DNA of 64,000 nt from Candidatus Latescibacterota bacterium (GTDB lineage: Bacteria; Latescibacterota; UBA2968; UBA8231): contig CBDETK010000008.1 of NCBI GenBank assembly GCA_965242865.1, forward strand, positions 64,001 through 128,000. The letters run 5' to 3'. This document shows, piece after piece, positions 1-12,251 of this stretch. The notes beneath the pieces are model-generated. The model searched no databases. It was not told the DNA's origin and saw only the letters and a list, made by a program, of their open reading frames with translations. A program made the position numbers and the translations under genes. The first letter of the stretch is position 1, and every line of letters begins with the position of its first letter.

Positions 1-2
1 TA

Positions 3-422
3 GCGATTCTGCCTTCAGAATCGACAGATCATGAAGGGGATCTGGGCTACCGGACCAATCGGAAACTCAATGCTCGTGAGATGAGTCGGTTGCAGACGTT
101 TCCCGACGGCCTCGAATTCGATTGTGGACGCACGCATGTCCAGGAGTTGCTCGGGAACGCCGTGCCCCCGCTGCTGGCGGAGGTGCTGGCGGAGGTGCTG
201 GCGCGAGAGATCCGGAATCAACTCTTCAATGGTGCCACCGATCCACGCCCTCTCAAACTGATACCCCCAGTGGGGTCACAGACACCGCCTCGGGAAACGG
301 TCGGGCCCGTGCCAGTGCAGTACCGTCAGCTGGTGGTGGAGCATGCCGATCGCCCGGCAACAAGCAAGCGACAGCCGCAAGGCGTTCCTACCCGCCGTCC
401 CGAGCCCGGTGCGGTCGCATGA
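3..422 (+). CDS. C-terminal part of a C5-cytosine DNA methyltransferase (runs off the window start, or a remnant)
   Basis: Frame open from position 3; NRKLNAREMSRLQTFPD and QELLGNAVPPLLA match C5-MTase motifs IX and X. Confidence 0.75.
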   Translation, partial: AILPSESTDHEGDLGYRTNRKLNAREMSRLQTFPDGLEFDCGRTHVQELLGNAVPPLLAEVLAEVLAREIRNQLFNGATDPRPLKLIPPVGSQTPPRETVGPVPVQYRQLVVEHADRPATSKRQPQGVPTRRPEPGAVA

Positions 423-433
423 TCGAAGTCAAT

Positions 434-1648
434 TCATGCTTCTTCGCCGCTCGGGGCCTCCGCCGACCGCTCGGCTTCCCTCAGGTCGTTGAATTCGTGC
501 AACATTTCGGCCAGGTCGCCTGGGATGTATACGCGATCATGGCTGATGTCCGAGGTTTCTTCCACGAGTTCGAGTTGCACGAGGCGATCCAAAGCCCTTC
601 TGACCGTACGCTCAGAGAAATCGGTCTTGGCCACCAGCCATGACACTGGGGCTAGGGGCTTCTCCAGCAGTGCCTCGTGGACCATCTGGGCCGACAGCAC
701 TCCCTCTTCCATGCTCTGGATCTGCTCCCGCGTCCTTGCGACCAGAACGTTGGCACGTGTGATGGCCTTCAAGGCCCATTCCGCCGCGTAGATCGCGGCG
801 TCTGCGAAGAATTCAAGCCACAGTGTCCAGTCACCTGTCTCGCGGACGGAGTTCAGCAGGTGGTAGTAGCGTTGCTGGCGGACACAGATGTAAAGACTCA
901 GGCACAGCAGGGGCTCCCGCAGGACCTTCGCTTCATGGAGGATCAGCGTGATGAGTAAGCGCCCGATCCGGCCGTTCCCGTCCAGAAAGGGATGGATAGT
1001 TTCGAACTGGAGATGAGCGACCGCCGCTTTGACCAGCGCCGAGTCCTCTCGACCCGACTCGGGTTCATCGTGCAAGAACAGTTCCAAGTCACCCATGTGC
1101 TCCAGCACGTGATCGGCCGGCGGCGGGACGAACGCGGCGTCTCCCGGACGCTTGCCGCCGATCCAGACTTGGCTCCGCCTGAAATCGCCTGGAGTCAAGT
1201 GCATGTCACGCTCACCCGAGAGCAGCACCGCGTGCGTCTCCCGCAGCAGGCGCAGGGAGAGCGGAAATCCCTCATCAAGGCGTCGGAGTCCGTGGTCGAA
1301 TGCGCGCACAAGATTCAAGACCACGTCGACTTTGCCCCACGGATTCTTCGCAACGAGGTTTCCCTCAATCTGCACGAGGTCCCGCATCTGGGCGAATAGA
1401 TGCTCGATCCTGGAAGAGAAAACCGCTTCCTTGCGGACGAGCACGAATGCCAGCAAGGACTTGGCCCGAGAGTGTGCCGACGTAGCGCTCAAGCATTCGA
1501 TCGCGTAATCAGCTTCATCGAACTTGTCCACCAGATCTGCTGTCCATTCGATGGGCGGCCGCGGCCGCAGTAGCGGCGGAATAAACGCTTCCACCTTCTC
1601 GCCACCCGTGATGACCGTCTCGTAGTGTCCGTGCTGATCGGCATGCAT
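434..1648 (-). CDS. Fic family protein with C-terminal HTH
   Basis: Intact Fic motif HPFLDGNGRIGR; N-terminal EAVFSSRIE; AGGAGG RBS upstream. Confidence 0.9.
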   Translation of the reverse strand: MHADQHGHYETVITGGEKVEAFIPPLLRPRPPIEWTADLVDKFDEADYAIECLSATSAHSRAKSLLAFVLVRKEAVFSSRIEHLFAQMRDLVQIEGNLVAKNPWGKVDVVLNLVRAFDHGLRRLDEGFPLSLRLLRETHAVLLSGERDMHLTPGDFRRSQVWIGGKRPGDAAFVPPPADHVLEHMGDLELFLHDEPESGREDSALVKAAVAHLQFETIHPFLDGNGRIGRLLITLILHEAKVLREPLLCLSLYICVRQQRYYHLLNSVRETGDWTLWLEFFADAAIYAAEWALKAITRANVLVARTREQIQSMEEGVLSAQMVHEALLEKPLAPVSWLVAKTDFSERTVRRALDRLVQLELVEETSDISHDRVYIPGDLAEMLHEFNDLREAERSAEAPSGEEA

Positions 1649-2229
1649 TGAGTTCCAGCCTCCTTTTTACAAGATCCTTGTCATACGATACCGCGAAGCG
1701 GGTAGCTCGAGCAAGCGGCGTCCATGGAACGCTGCCGAGCGAGGTCCCGTAGACGCCTCTCTGCCTACCCCGGGCCGCCTAGCGGCAACTTCCGCCAATC
1801 ACCGACGGATGGACGGGACGCGTCGGGCTCGAGAGCCGGACCGCCGTCGTTCGCCAAGACCCGGGAAGGCAATTTCAATGCATCGCGGGCGAAGATCTGA
1901 CGGCTCCCACTCGACAGAGCCCGCCGCACGCTTCCACCATGTCGCGCTCAACGTTCGTCACCTCACCCTCCTCCTTCCGTGCCGTGCCCCGAGCAACTCG
2001 AATCCCGGCCGGTGAAGGTTTCTTCAGTCTCGGTACGGTCAACCATCGCGGCGGTTCGCGCGGGACCGGCCCTCCGAGGGCGTTGCATCGCGCCCCAAGC
2101 GCAAGCATCGGCGCGGTTGCAGCGAGTGCCCGCAATCCGTTGCTCGGCAGGCGATCGGGGCCGCAGTTCGACCCCTGTACTCGCATGCGGTGTGGTACGC
2201 TTACTGGCCGAATCCCTAGGAGGATTTTC

Positions 2230-3486
2230 ATGAATCGCGACCGACTCTTCCTTGCCAGTTGCGTGGCGCTCGTCACCACGTCCATGGTGTTCTCCATCCG
2301 CGGCGACGTGCTCGACGCGCTCGGGGTCGACTTCAAGCTGACCAAGGAGCAACTGGGCCAGCTGTTGAGCCCAGCGTTCCTAGGCTTCACCGTGTCGATC
2401 CTGATCGGCGGGTCCTTGGTCGACGTGTTCGGGATGCGACGGCTGCTGACGATCTCGGGATGGTTCTACGTAGCGGCGATTCTCGTGATCGTCCTCGCCC
2501 CGTTTCCCGATGCCCCGATCGAGGCCATCACCGGTAATCCGATCACGATGCTTGTATGGTTCGCGATGCTGACTCTGGGGCTGGCGCAGGGGCTCGTGGA
2601 GGGCGTGATCAACCCGCTGTGCTCGACGCTCTACCCCGAAGACAAGACGCATCGCATGAACGTCCTCCATGCGTGGTGGCCCGGCGGCTTGATCGTCGGC
2701 GGCTTGCTGGCGTTCTTGATCACGATGGTGATGGGGCTCGGCGACGATGTTGTCACCCCCGCGACAGCCACGCTCGGCTGGCGCATCAAGCTGCTGACGA
2801 TCTTGATCGTCGCGGTCGGCTACCTGTACTTGATTCGCGGCCAGGAGTTTCCCAAGACCGAGCGGGTCGCCGCCGGCGTGAGCAACCGGGACATGCTGCG
2901 CGACCTGCTCAGGCCCTCGTTCATCGCCCTGTGGGGTTGCATGTGGCTGACTTCCGCGACGGAACTGGGTCCGGACCAGTGGACGGCGTCCTTGATCACC
3001 AATCTGACCGGCATGCAGGGCATCCTGATTCTGGTCTACACGGCGGGCATCATGTTCGTGCTCCGCTTTTTCGGCGGGCCCTTGGCCCACAAGTTCTCGC
3101 CGTTCGGATTGCTGACGATCTCCGCGGTGCTCGCGGCCGCGGGCCTGTACTCGCTGGGCTCGGTGTCGACGATGATGGGCGCGTTCGCCGCGGCCACGCT
3201 GTTCGGCGTTGGCAAGACCTACTTCTGGCCCTGCATGCTGGGGATTACGTCGGAGCAGTACCCGAAGGGTGGCCCGGTGGCCCTGGCCTTGATGGGCGGC
3301 ACGGGCAATCTCGCGATCGCGTTGGTGCTGCCGTTCATGGGTCGCTGGTACGACAACGACGGCGCGGCCGCCGCCTTCCAGTACGTTTCGGTCATGCCGG
3401 TGGCGCTGGTCGTCTTCTTCGGACTGTTCTTCCTGTACTTCCGCAGCAAGGGCGGCTACAAGCCCGTGGAACTCGCCCAGCAGTAG
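2230..3486 (+). CDS. MFS transporter
   Basis: About 12 hydrophobic segments; GSLVDVFGMRRLL motif-A-like; GGAGG RBS before ATG 2230 (the ORF-track start at 1939 is too long). Confidence 0.88.
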   Translation: MNRDRLFLASCVALVTTSMVFSIRGDVLDALGVDFKLTKEQLGQLLSPAFLGFTVSILIGGSLVDVFGMRRLLTISGWFYVAAILVIVLAPFPDAPIEAITGNPITMLVWFAMLTLGLAQGLVEGVINPLCSTLYPEDKTHRMNVLHAWWPGGLIVGGLLAFLITMVMGLGDDVVTPATATLGWRIKLLTILIVAVGYLYLIRGQEFPKTERVAAGVSNRDMLRDLLRPSFIALWGCMWLTSATELGPDQWTASLITNLTGMQGILILVYTAGIMFVLRFFGGPLAHKFSPFGLLTISAVLAAAGLYSLGSVSTMMGAFAAATLFGVGKTYFWPCMLGITSEQYPKGGPVALALMGGTGNLAIALVLPFMGRWYDNDGAAAAFQYVSVMPVALVVFFGLFFLYFRSKGGYKPVELAQQ

Positions 3487-3499
3487 CGCAGGTCGCTAA

Positions 3500-3982
3500 A
3501 TGAAGAGGCACCCGGCACTGGTTCCGCTTTCGAGGCAGCACCACGACGGGTTGGCGCTCGGGGTGTTCATCGAGAGAGGTCTGCGACAAGGCGCGGATCC
3601 GGGCGAGCCGGAACGCTTGCGCAAGCAGGTGCTGGACGCTTGGGAATTCGAGCTCAAGGGACACTTCGAGGTCGAGGAACGAGTGCTGTTTCCAGCCGTG
3701 CGCGAATCCATCCCGGATCCGCGCGCGGTCGACTTGCTCATTCGCGAGCATCAAGAGATCCGCCAGCTGATCGACTCCCTGCGAACCGCCGATGACGACA
3801 GGCTGCGAGACGCCCTGCTCGCGGTGCGCAGCGTCCTGACCCGCCACATCCGTACCGAGGAACGCGTGCTGTTCGAGGCCGTGCAGGAAAGCTTGGAAGA
3901 GGCCGACCTGCTGGCGCTGGGCCGAAAGATCGACGAAGCCTTGCCGACAGCCTGCCTGCGGATGGGCAGTGCGCAGGTCTGA
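3500..3982 (+). CDS. Hemerythrin (HHE) domain protein
   Basis: LSRQHH, HFEVEERVLFP, EHQEI and HIRTEERVLF motifs; 13 nt after the MFS stop. Confidence 0.85.
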   Translation: MKRHPALVPLSRQHHDGLALGVFIERGLRQGADPGEPERLRKQVLDAWEFELKGHFEVEERVLFPAVRESIPDPRAVDLLIREHQEIRQLIDSLRTADDDRLRDALLAVRSVLTRHIRTEERVLFEAVQESLEEADLLALGRKIDEALPTACLRMGSAQV

Positions 3983-4014
3983 GTCCCGGGAACGTTCCGC
4001 GGAGCGCTGCCGGA

Positions 4015-5052
4015 TCAGGTCCGTTCGAGGCTGCGCTTCAAGTTCGCTTCGATCTGGCGGTTGATGCCGCCGGTCTCGAACTCCACGGCCACCCGGATCG
4101 CGTTCTTGATCGCCTGGCAGCTCGAGCTGCCGTGGCAGATGATCACCCCGCCCCGCACGCCGAGCATCGGCGCGCCGCCGTACTCCTCGTAATCGACCCG
4201 CTTCTTGAACTCCTCGAACGCGCCCTTGGCGAGGCTGTAGCCGATCTGGCGCATGACGGTCGCTTCCAGCGATTCGATCAGCATTTTCTTGATGCTCGCG
4301 ACCAGTCCCTCGCTGACCTTCAGCGCCACGTTGCCGATGAAGCCGTCGCACACGACCACGTCCGCGTTGCCGCTGAACAGGTCCCGCCCCTCGACGTTGC
4401 CCACGAACTGGAACCCCTCTTGCTTCAGCAGCGGCGTGGTCTCCCGCGTGAGTTCGTTGCCCTTCTGCTCTTCCTCTCCGATCGAAAGCAGTCCGATGCG
4501 CGGCTGCTCCAACCCGAACAGGATGCGCGTGTACGCGTCGCCCATCACGGCGAACTGCACCAGCATCGCCGCCGTGCAATCCACGTTCGCCCCGACGTCG
4601 AGCACCAGCGTGCGCCCTCCGGTGCCGGTCGGAAACGTTTGCGCGACCGCCGGACGATAGACGCCCGGGATGCGACCGAGCACCTTCAGGGCGGTGGCCA
4701 TGACCGCGCCCGTGTTGCCCGCCGAGACCAATCCGGCCGCGCGTCCCTGCAGCACCTGCTCGGCTGCCAAGCGAATGGAGCTTTCCTTCTTGGTGCGGAG
4801 GGCCTTGGAGGGGTTGTCGTGCATCGTGACCACGTCGCTGGCGTGGACGATTTCGATCTTGCCGCGCGCCGGGAAGTACTTGGAGAGTTCCTTCCGCAGG
4901 ACATCCTCGCGTCCCACGAGCAGGATCTTGGCACCGAATTCCTCGGCTGCCAGCAGGGATCCCTCGACCTCGGCGACAGGGGCTCCGTCGCTGCCCATGG
5001 CATCGACAGCGACAGTGATCGGTTCCGGCACGGGGTTTCCGGTTCCTAGCAC
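4015..5052 (-). CDS. plsX: Phosphate acyltransferase PlsX (true start may be GTG 5031)
   Basis: [33 protein letters not shown] and ICHGSS motifs; DUF177-rpmF-plsX synteny. Confidence 0.96.
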   Translation of the reverse strand: MLGTGNPVPEPITVAVDAMGSDGAPVAEVEGSLLAAEEFGAKILLVGREDVLRKELSKYFPARGKIEIVHASDVVTMHDNPSKALRTKKESSIRLAAEQVLQGRAAGLVSAGNTGAVMATALKVLGRIPGVYRPAVAQTFPTGTGGRTLVLDVGANVDCTAAMLVQFAVMGDAYTRILFGLEQPRIGLLSIGEEEQKGNELTRETTPLLKQEGFQFVGNVEGRDLFSGNADVVVCDGFIGNVALKVSEGLVASIKKMLIESLEATVMRQIGYSLAKGAFEEFKKRVDYEEYGGAPMLGVRGGVIICHGSSSCQAIKNAIRVAVEFETGGINRQIEANLKRSLERT

Positions 5053-5058
5053 TTTCAG

Positions 5059-5241
5059 CTACTCGGACTCGACCTCGATCACCTGCCGACCCCTGTAGTA
5101 GCCGCACTTCGGGCAGACGCGATGCGGCACCGTGCTCTCGCCGCACTGCGAGCAGAGCGAGTCTGCCGACTCGACGAGGTGGTCGTGCGCGCGTCGCTTG
5201 CCCGTGCGGGATCTGGAATGTCGTCGTTTGGGATTCGGCAT
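5059..5241 (-). CDS. rpmF: 50S ribosomal protein L32
   Basis: MPNPKRRHSRSRTGKRRAH; CxxC...HRVCPKCGYY zinc ribbon. Confidence 0.97.
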   Translation of the reverse strand: MPNPKRRHSRSRTGKRRAHDHLVESADSLCSQCGESTVPHRVCPKCGYYRGRQVIEVESE

Positions 5242-5272
5242 GGTTCGATGCTCCTGATGGTGGTAATCGGGC

Positions 5273-5815
5273 TCAATGCTTGTATTTTAGATGGCGCAAG
5301 CCGTCCCAGCGGGGATCGGCGAACGCGTCGCGGCAGTCGCAGGGCTCGACGTTGCGATCCGCCTTGCAGATCGGGCAGATGCCCTTGCAGTCGGGATCGC
5401 ACAGGTAGCGGGCCGGCAGCCAGAGCAGCAATTGCTCCTGCACCACTTGCGTCAAGCCGATGCCGCCATCCTCGTAGAAACCCACTTCGGTCTGCTCGCG
5501 CGTGATCGCGGTCTCGCCGCTCTGCTCGATGATCTCCATCGGATAGAAGTACAGCTCGAAGCTCTCGTCGAAGTCGCGCCGCAAATCCTTGAGGCAGCGG
5601 TCGCAGGCATGGACGGCGTTCGCTTGCAGCCGCCCTTTGACGCGAATCGTGCGGAGTCCTTGCTTGTCCAGCAGCTCGGCCTTGCCCGCGACCTGCGCGG
5701 GCCCGGCCAGGCCCCACCCGTCGATCAGCTCCAGCAGCCTCGGTTGGATCGCCGTCTCGAAGCGAAACGGCTTGCGCTCCAGTGCTGTCGCGTCGATGAA
5801 AAGCCTCCGATCCAC
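5273..5815 (-). CDS. yceD: DUF177 / YceD family protein
   Basis: CDRCL, LCDPDCKGICPIC and DPRW motifs; upstream of rpmF. Confidence 0.92.
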   Translation of the reverse strand: MDRRLFIDATALERKPFRFETAIQPRLLELIDGWGLAGPAQVAGKAELLDKQGLRTIRVKGRLQANAVHACDRCLKDLRRDFDESFELYFYPMEIIEQSGETAITREQTEVGFYEDGGIGLTQVVQEQLLLWLPARYLCDPDCKGICPICKADRNVEPCDCRDAFADPRWDGLRHLKYKH

Positions 5816-5926
5816 GCCACGACACTCCCAGTCTAGCGACAGCGACCGAGTTCCCGCAAACCGCCGTTCGAGGCAGCGGGCGGGATGCGGTCTCGCGCCC
5901 CCTTCCTACAATGGTTGCTTCGGCCC

Positions 5927-7228
5927 ATGAAAATCAAGGATCTGCGGGTTCACTCCATTGCCATCGCCGACCCGCCGCTACGCAGCTCGTACGGGTTGCA
6001 CGCGCCGTACGCGTTGCGGAACATCGTCGAGGTCGAGAGCGAGGACGGCATCGTCGGGATCGCGGAGACCTACGGCGGCGAGGGTCCGGCCGACGCCTTG
6101 CGCCAGCTCAAGCCCGAAGTGGTCGGCGCCGATGCCTACCGCGTCACCGGCGACCTCTTGGAACTCGCGGACGGCGCGGGCGCGGGAGCCGAGCGCTCCC
6201 ACGTCATGCGCACGCCCGGCGAGAATCCCCTCGATGCCGGGCCGCGCACGTACTCCGCGTTGGAGACCGCCTGCCTGGACCTGATCGGTCGCAGCACCGG
6301 CGTCCCGGCGTGCGACCTGCTCGGCGGCCGCTGCCGGGACGCGGTGCCGTTTTCGGCCTATGCCTTTTACAAGCACGCGGGTGGTGGCGGCGAGGGTGCC
6401 GATGCGCGCGAGGACAAGTACGGCGAGTGCCTGACGCCCGCCTCGATCGTGGCGCAGGTGCGCTCGATGGTCGACGAATACGGGTTCCGGGACATCAAGC
6501 TCAAGGGCGGAGTGCTCGATCCGGACGACGAAATCGAAGCCATCCGCCAGCTGCGGTCGGAGTTCGGATCCGACATGCCCTTGCGCATCGATCCGAATTC
6601 GGCTTGGACGGTCGAGACATCGGTGCGGGTCGGCGAGCGCTTGCGCGAAGAGCTGCGGGGCGGAGGCTATCTCGAGGACCCAGCTGCCGGACTCGACGGC
6701 ATGGCCGCGACCCGCCGCGAGCTGCTGCGACGGGGCATCGACACACCCTTGGCGAGCAACGTGGCCGTGACTTCGTTCGCCCATCTGCCCGAGGCGATCT
6801 CGCGAGATGCCGTGCAGGTCGTCCTGTGCGATCACCACTTCTGGGGCGGCATGCGCCAGGTCCAGCACTTGGGCAAGCTCTGCCAGACATTCGGGCTGGC
6901 GCTCTCGATGCACTCCAACTCGCACCTCGGCGTATCGCTGATGGCCATGGCGCACGTGGCGGCCGCCACCCGGAACCTGACGTACGCCTGCGACACGCAC
7001 TACCCGTGGCAGGCTGCGGACGAAGTGATCGCGGGTGGGCGTTTGGCATTCGAGGGCGGCGCCTTGCGGATTCCCGACCGGGGCGGCCTGGGCGTCGATC
7101 TGGACTACGACCAGCTCGAGCGATTGAAGGCACGCTACGCTGCGATTCCGTACCGGCGGCGCGATGACGAAGCGGAAATGCGCAAGCATATCGACCCGAC
7201 TTGGCGCAGGGTACTGCCGCGGTGGTAG
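5927..7228 (+). CDS. Glucarate dehydratase-like enolase superfamily enzyme
   Basis: KLKGG, RIDPN, YLEDP, DHHFWGG, MHSNSHLG and DTHYPWQ motifs. Confidence 0.85.
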   Translation: MKIKDLRVHSIAIADPPLRSSYGLHAPYALRNIVEVESEDGIVGIAETYGGEGPADALRQLKPEVVGADAYRVTGDLLELADGAGAGAERSHVMRTPGENPLDAGPRTYSALETACLDLIGRSTGVPACDLLGGRCRDAVPFSAYAFYKHAGGGGEGADAREDKYGECLTPASIVAQVRSMVDEYGFRDIKLKGGVLDPDDEIEAIRQLRSEFGSDMPLRIDPNSAWTVETSVRVGERLREELRGGGYLEDPAAGLDGMAATRRELLRRGIDTPLASNVAVTSFAHLPEAISRDAVQVVLCDHHFWGGMRQVQHLGKLCQTFGLALSMHSNSHLGVSLMAMAHVAAATRNLTYACDTHYPWQAADEVIAGGRLAFEGGALRIPDRGGLGVDLDYDQLERLKARYAAIPYRRRDDEAEMRKHIDPTWRRVLPRW

Positions 7229-7306
7229 TATCTGTTGCGTGTTTTCCGTCCGGTCGTGTTGCATACCGGACGGCAAGAGTCTACGATCAATGCACCGGAA
7301 GGAGGG

Positions 7307-7765
7307 ATGGTCATGGCGAGAGCGTGCCGTCTAACAGTCTTGTTTCTTTCTCTGGCCTGCGCGCTGGCGCTCGCGGTGCCCCGGATCGCGTCCGTCAATC
7401 CCGATGCCGTGGCACCGGGCGGCTCGGCGGTCGCCGATGGCTCGGATCTCGGCGCAGGGTCGGTTGCCAAGCTGTACCTCACGGCGTCCGGCAAGGACGT
7501 CGAGCTGACTGTCACCGAGCAGGCCGATGGCAAGATCGCCTTCACCGTGCCCGACGGCACGGACATGAAGCGGTATCGCCTGATGGTTCTCACGGCGGGG
7601 TCGGGAGCTGCTTACATGGAGCAGCCCGTGGCGCTGGAAGTCGTCGACGAGGCGACCGCCAAGGCGCGCGCCGAAGAGGGCGAGGTCGAACTCGAGATCA
7701 TCGAGGCCGAGCCAGCGGAAGAGGAAGAGCCCCAGCAGGGCAAGGGCAAGAAGAAGCGCAACTGA
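7307..7765 (+). CDS. Secreted protein with IPT/TIG-like beta domain and charged tail
   Basis: GGAGG RBS; signal peptide; PRIASVNPDAVAPG start typical of IPT/TIG domains. Confidence 0.65.
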   Translation: MVMARACRLTVLFLSLACALALAVPRIASVNPDAVAPGGSAVADGSDLGAGSVAKLYLTASGKDVELTVTEQADGKIAFTVPDGTDMKRYRLMVLTAGSGAAYMEQPVALEVVDEATAKARAEEGEVELEIIEAEPAEEEEPQQGKGKKKRN

Positions 7766-7767
7766 GC

Positions 7768-7787
7768 GAGACCGCTCAAGCGGTCTC
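7768..7787. terminator. Hairpin between convergent genes (possible bidirectional terminator)
   Basis: GAGACCGC-TCAA-GCGGTCTC perfect 8-bp stem overlapping the queG stop; no long U-tract. Confidence 0.5.
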
Positions 7788-8912
7788 TGCGTTGCGGGCC
7801 GCGCCGGCGCTGCCGGTGCGCGGCGGGGATGCCCCCAACTGTTGCAACGCCCAGCGGGCGTGTTCGCGGACGACGGCGTCCGGATATTCCGCGAGTCGCG
7901 CGAGCGCCTCGCGAAACGCGGGGTTGCCGCTGTTGCCCATGGCCACGGCGACGTTGCGCAGGAACCCCGCGTAGCGGCTTCTCTCGACCGGCGTGCCCCC
8001 GAACCGGCGGTCGAACTCTTCTTCGGAAAGGCCCGCCAATTCGGCTAGATCCGGTCGCTCGTTGATCGCTTGGTAGGCAGGTTCCGCGGTCACGGCCGCC
8101 CGGCGATGGTTGTTCCACGGGCAGACGTCCTGGCAGATGTCGCATCCGAAGACATGGTGGCCGACCCCCTCGCGATGCCCTTCGGGGATGGAGCCGCGCA
8201 ACTCCACGGTCCAGTAGGCGATGCACAGCCGCGAGTCCAGCGCGTGGGACGGCCCGCTCGCGCTGTCGAGTTCGACGAACGCATCGGTCGGGCAGGCGTC
8301 GATGCATCTCCGGCACGTGCCGCACCGGAAGGCCGCCTCCTCGTCCCGCGCGAATTCCACCGAGGTGAGGATCTCGCCGAGGAAGAACCAAGACCCCGTC
8401 CGTTCCTCGATCAGGCACGAGTTCTTGCCGATCCAGCCCAGCCCGGCCCTGCGGGCGTAGGCGCGCTCCAGCAACGGCGAGGTGTCCACGCAGACCTTGT
8501 TCTTCACACCGGGTCCGAAGCGCATCTGGATCCAGTCCGCGAGCGCGCGCAAGCGGGCCTTAATCGTGTCGTGGTAATCGGCGCCCCAGGCGTAGCGCGA
8601 GATCCAACCCCGGCGGTCGGACGCGAATTCCGTGGAGTACGGCGCCGAGGCGTTGTAGACCGACCCGACGCAGACCACGGAGCGAGCCGACGGCAGCAAG
8701 GCGCGCGGGTCGGAGCGCAGCTCTCCGCGGCGTCCGGCCAGATAGCCCATGTCGCCGTGGTACCCGCGCTCCAGCCACTCGGCGTAGAACAGGGATTCGA
8801 GTGTCGGCTCCGGGGATGCCACGCCCGCCAGTTCGAATCCGAGTTCGCGGGCGCGAGCCTTGAGCGGGGCGCTGTCCTGCACGGTGCCGTCCGTGGAGCG
8901 GCGCGGCCGCAT
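7776..8912 (-). CDS. queG: tRNA epoxyqueuosine(34) reductase QueG (start 8912 or GTG 8882)
   Basis: ISRYAWGADYH, CVDTSPLLER, GLGWIGKN, CGTCRRCIDACPT and FGCDICQDVCPWN motifs. Confidence 0.95.
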   Translation of the reverse strand: MRPRRSTDGTVQDSAPLKARARELGFELAGVASPEPTLESLFYAEWLERGYHGDMGYLAGRRGELRSDPRALLPSARSVVCVGSVYNASAPYSTEFASDRRGWISRYAWGADYHDTIKARLRALADWIQMRFGPGVKNKVCVDTSPLLERAYARRAGLGWIGKNSCLIEERTGSWFFLGEILTSVEFARDEEAAFRCGTCRRCIDACPTDAFVELDSASGPSHALDSRLCIAYWTVELRGSIPEGHREGVGHHVFGCDICQDVCPWNNHRRAAVTAEPAYQAINERPDLAELAGLSEEEFDRRFGGTPVERSRYAGFLRNVAVAMGNSGNPAFREALARLAEYPDAVVREHARWALQQLGASPPRTGSAGAARNAETA

Positions 8913-9140
8913 CCCGCTCCCGAGTGACGCGAAACAGCCGTTCAGCCCCTCTATGCTGCCATAGAACCGCGAATTTCTGCGATTCGCCGATATTCCGTTG
9001 CGCGGCCGGGCGGCGAGGTCATATTCTTGCGTATGGCTGGCAGGAGTGCCTCCACGCGGGTGCGGATGCCGGCCGATCGCGATCGGGAGCCCCCTCGGGA
9101 GCGCGCTCGGCGCGAGTGGAATCTCGAGGAGGGAACACGC

Positions 9141-11243
<2,103 letters not shown>

Positions 11244-11264
11244 GCCGCCGGCATGGAATCAGCC

Positions 11265-11302
11265 CAGCCTCTGACTCGCGAATTCACGCGGGTCAGGGGC
11301 TG
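11265..11302 (+). terminator. Stem-loop after the tes-like gene
   Basis: CAGCCTCTGACTCGCG ... CGCGGGTCAGGGGCTG imperfect long inverted repeat. Confidence 0.55.
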
Positions 11303-11340
11303 AGCGAAGTTGTGCGAACCAGAACGGCAATCGCCCGCGG

Positions 11341-11718
11341 GTGACGGGAAGGTTCTCTATCGGTGTTCAACACGACATCGGAGAGTCTGACCGCCACGGG
11401 CGCGGGCGGATCGCCTTGCGCATTGCTACGCAATCGGCTTCAAGCCTCACAGAACAGCTCTTCCAGCCGCTGTTGGACCAGATCGATCCGTTGCGACTTG
11501 CCGTGGACACTCGATCCATGCGCATGGCCGCGGAATACGGTATGCGGCTGGCGAAGCGCAGCGAGAACCTGAAGCATGACGGACTTGCTGAACTAATCTC
11601 GGACTACCCAGCACACGAGCCTGAGATCAATCGCGAGGCAGCAGCCGAAAAGCTCTGCTCAAGCGTCAAGGGACCGAGTGGAACCGCACTTGCACTGTTG
11701 GAAGGTCTGAGTCCCTAG
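11341..11718 (+). pseudogene. Fragment resembling the C-terminus of an SDH_sah/ClpP-class serine protease
   Basis: QIDPLRL...MAAEYGMRL...LISDYPAH..INREAA pattern; catalytic N-terminus missing. Confidence 0.45.
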
Positions 11719-12251
11719 TTGGAGATTCCGCAGGTCGCACCGTTGGTGCAGGTGTTCTCGATTGGTATAGTACGCAACGGGGAGAGGAGTCATGAGAAAG
11801 GGAAAATCCATCCAGCAGGTTCAAATCGAGAAGATGCTCGAGACCAAGAAGCTCATCGATCACCGCTACCAAGCGATCAGACGGTCAGACCGGTACATTC
11901 GGCCGAGCCGTCCAGACACGAGACAGACGAAATCAACTGACGATATGTTTCGCAGCTAGCAAGGCCGTGCCTGGCCATTTGCCTTGCGCGAGCTGGAGTG
12001 GCGGCTGGCGCAACGAGTGTTCTGGTTGCGAGCGGTGTGTCTGCTCGTGTCACCACGAAGTCCCTTCAAAGCGACCTGCCGTGCAGAGGCTTGACGAATG
12101 GATCGGCGTGGAAGGGGGGACGAACGGCTAGCGGTGCAGTTCCGGCATCTCGAATTGCGGGGAACAGACCGGTCCGCCAAGCGAACCGTTGCTAGGCGAT
12201 GCAGTATGGCGGAACGCCCATGACATCTCAGGTGGTCAGGTTCGAGTCCTC

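Noticed and set aside
3392-5146. Long Arg/Gly-rich alternative-frame ORFs (also 2556-3503, 5911-7167, 9614-11116, 26165-27619, 48521-50032 and others)
   Set aside because: Typical high-GC shadow ORFs overlapping well-supported genes, with no motifs.
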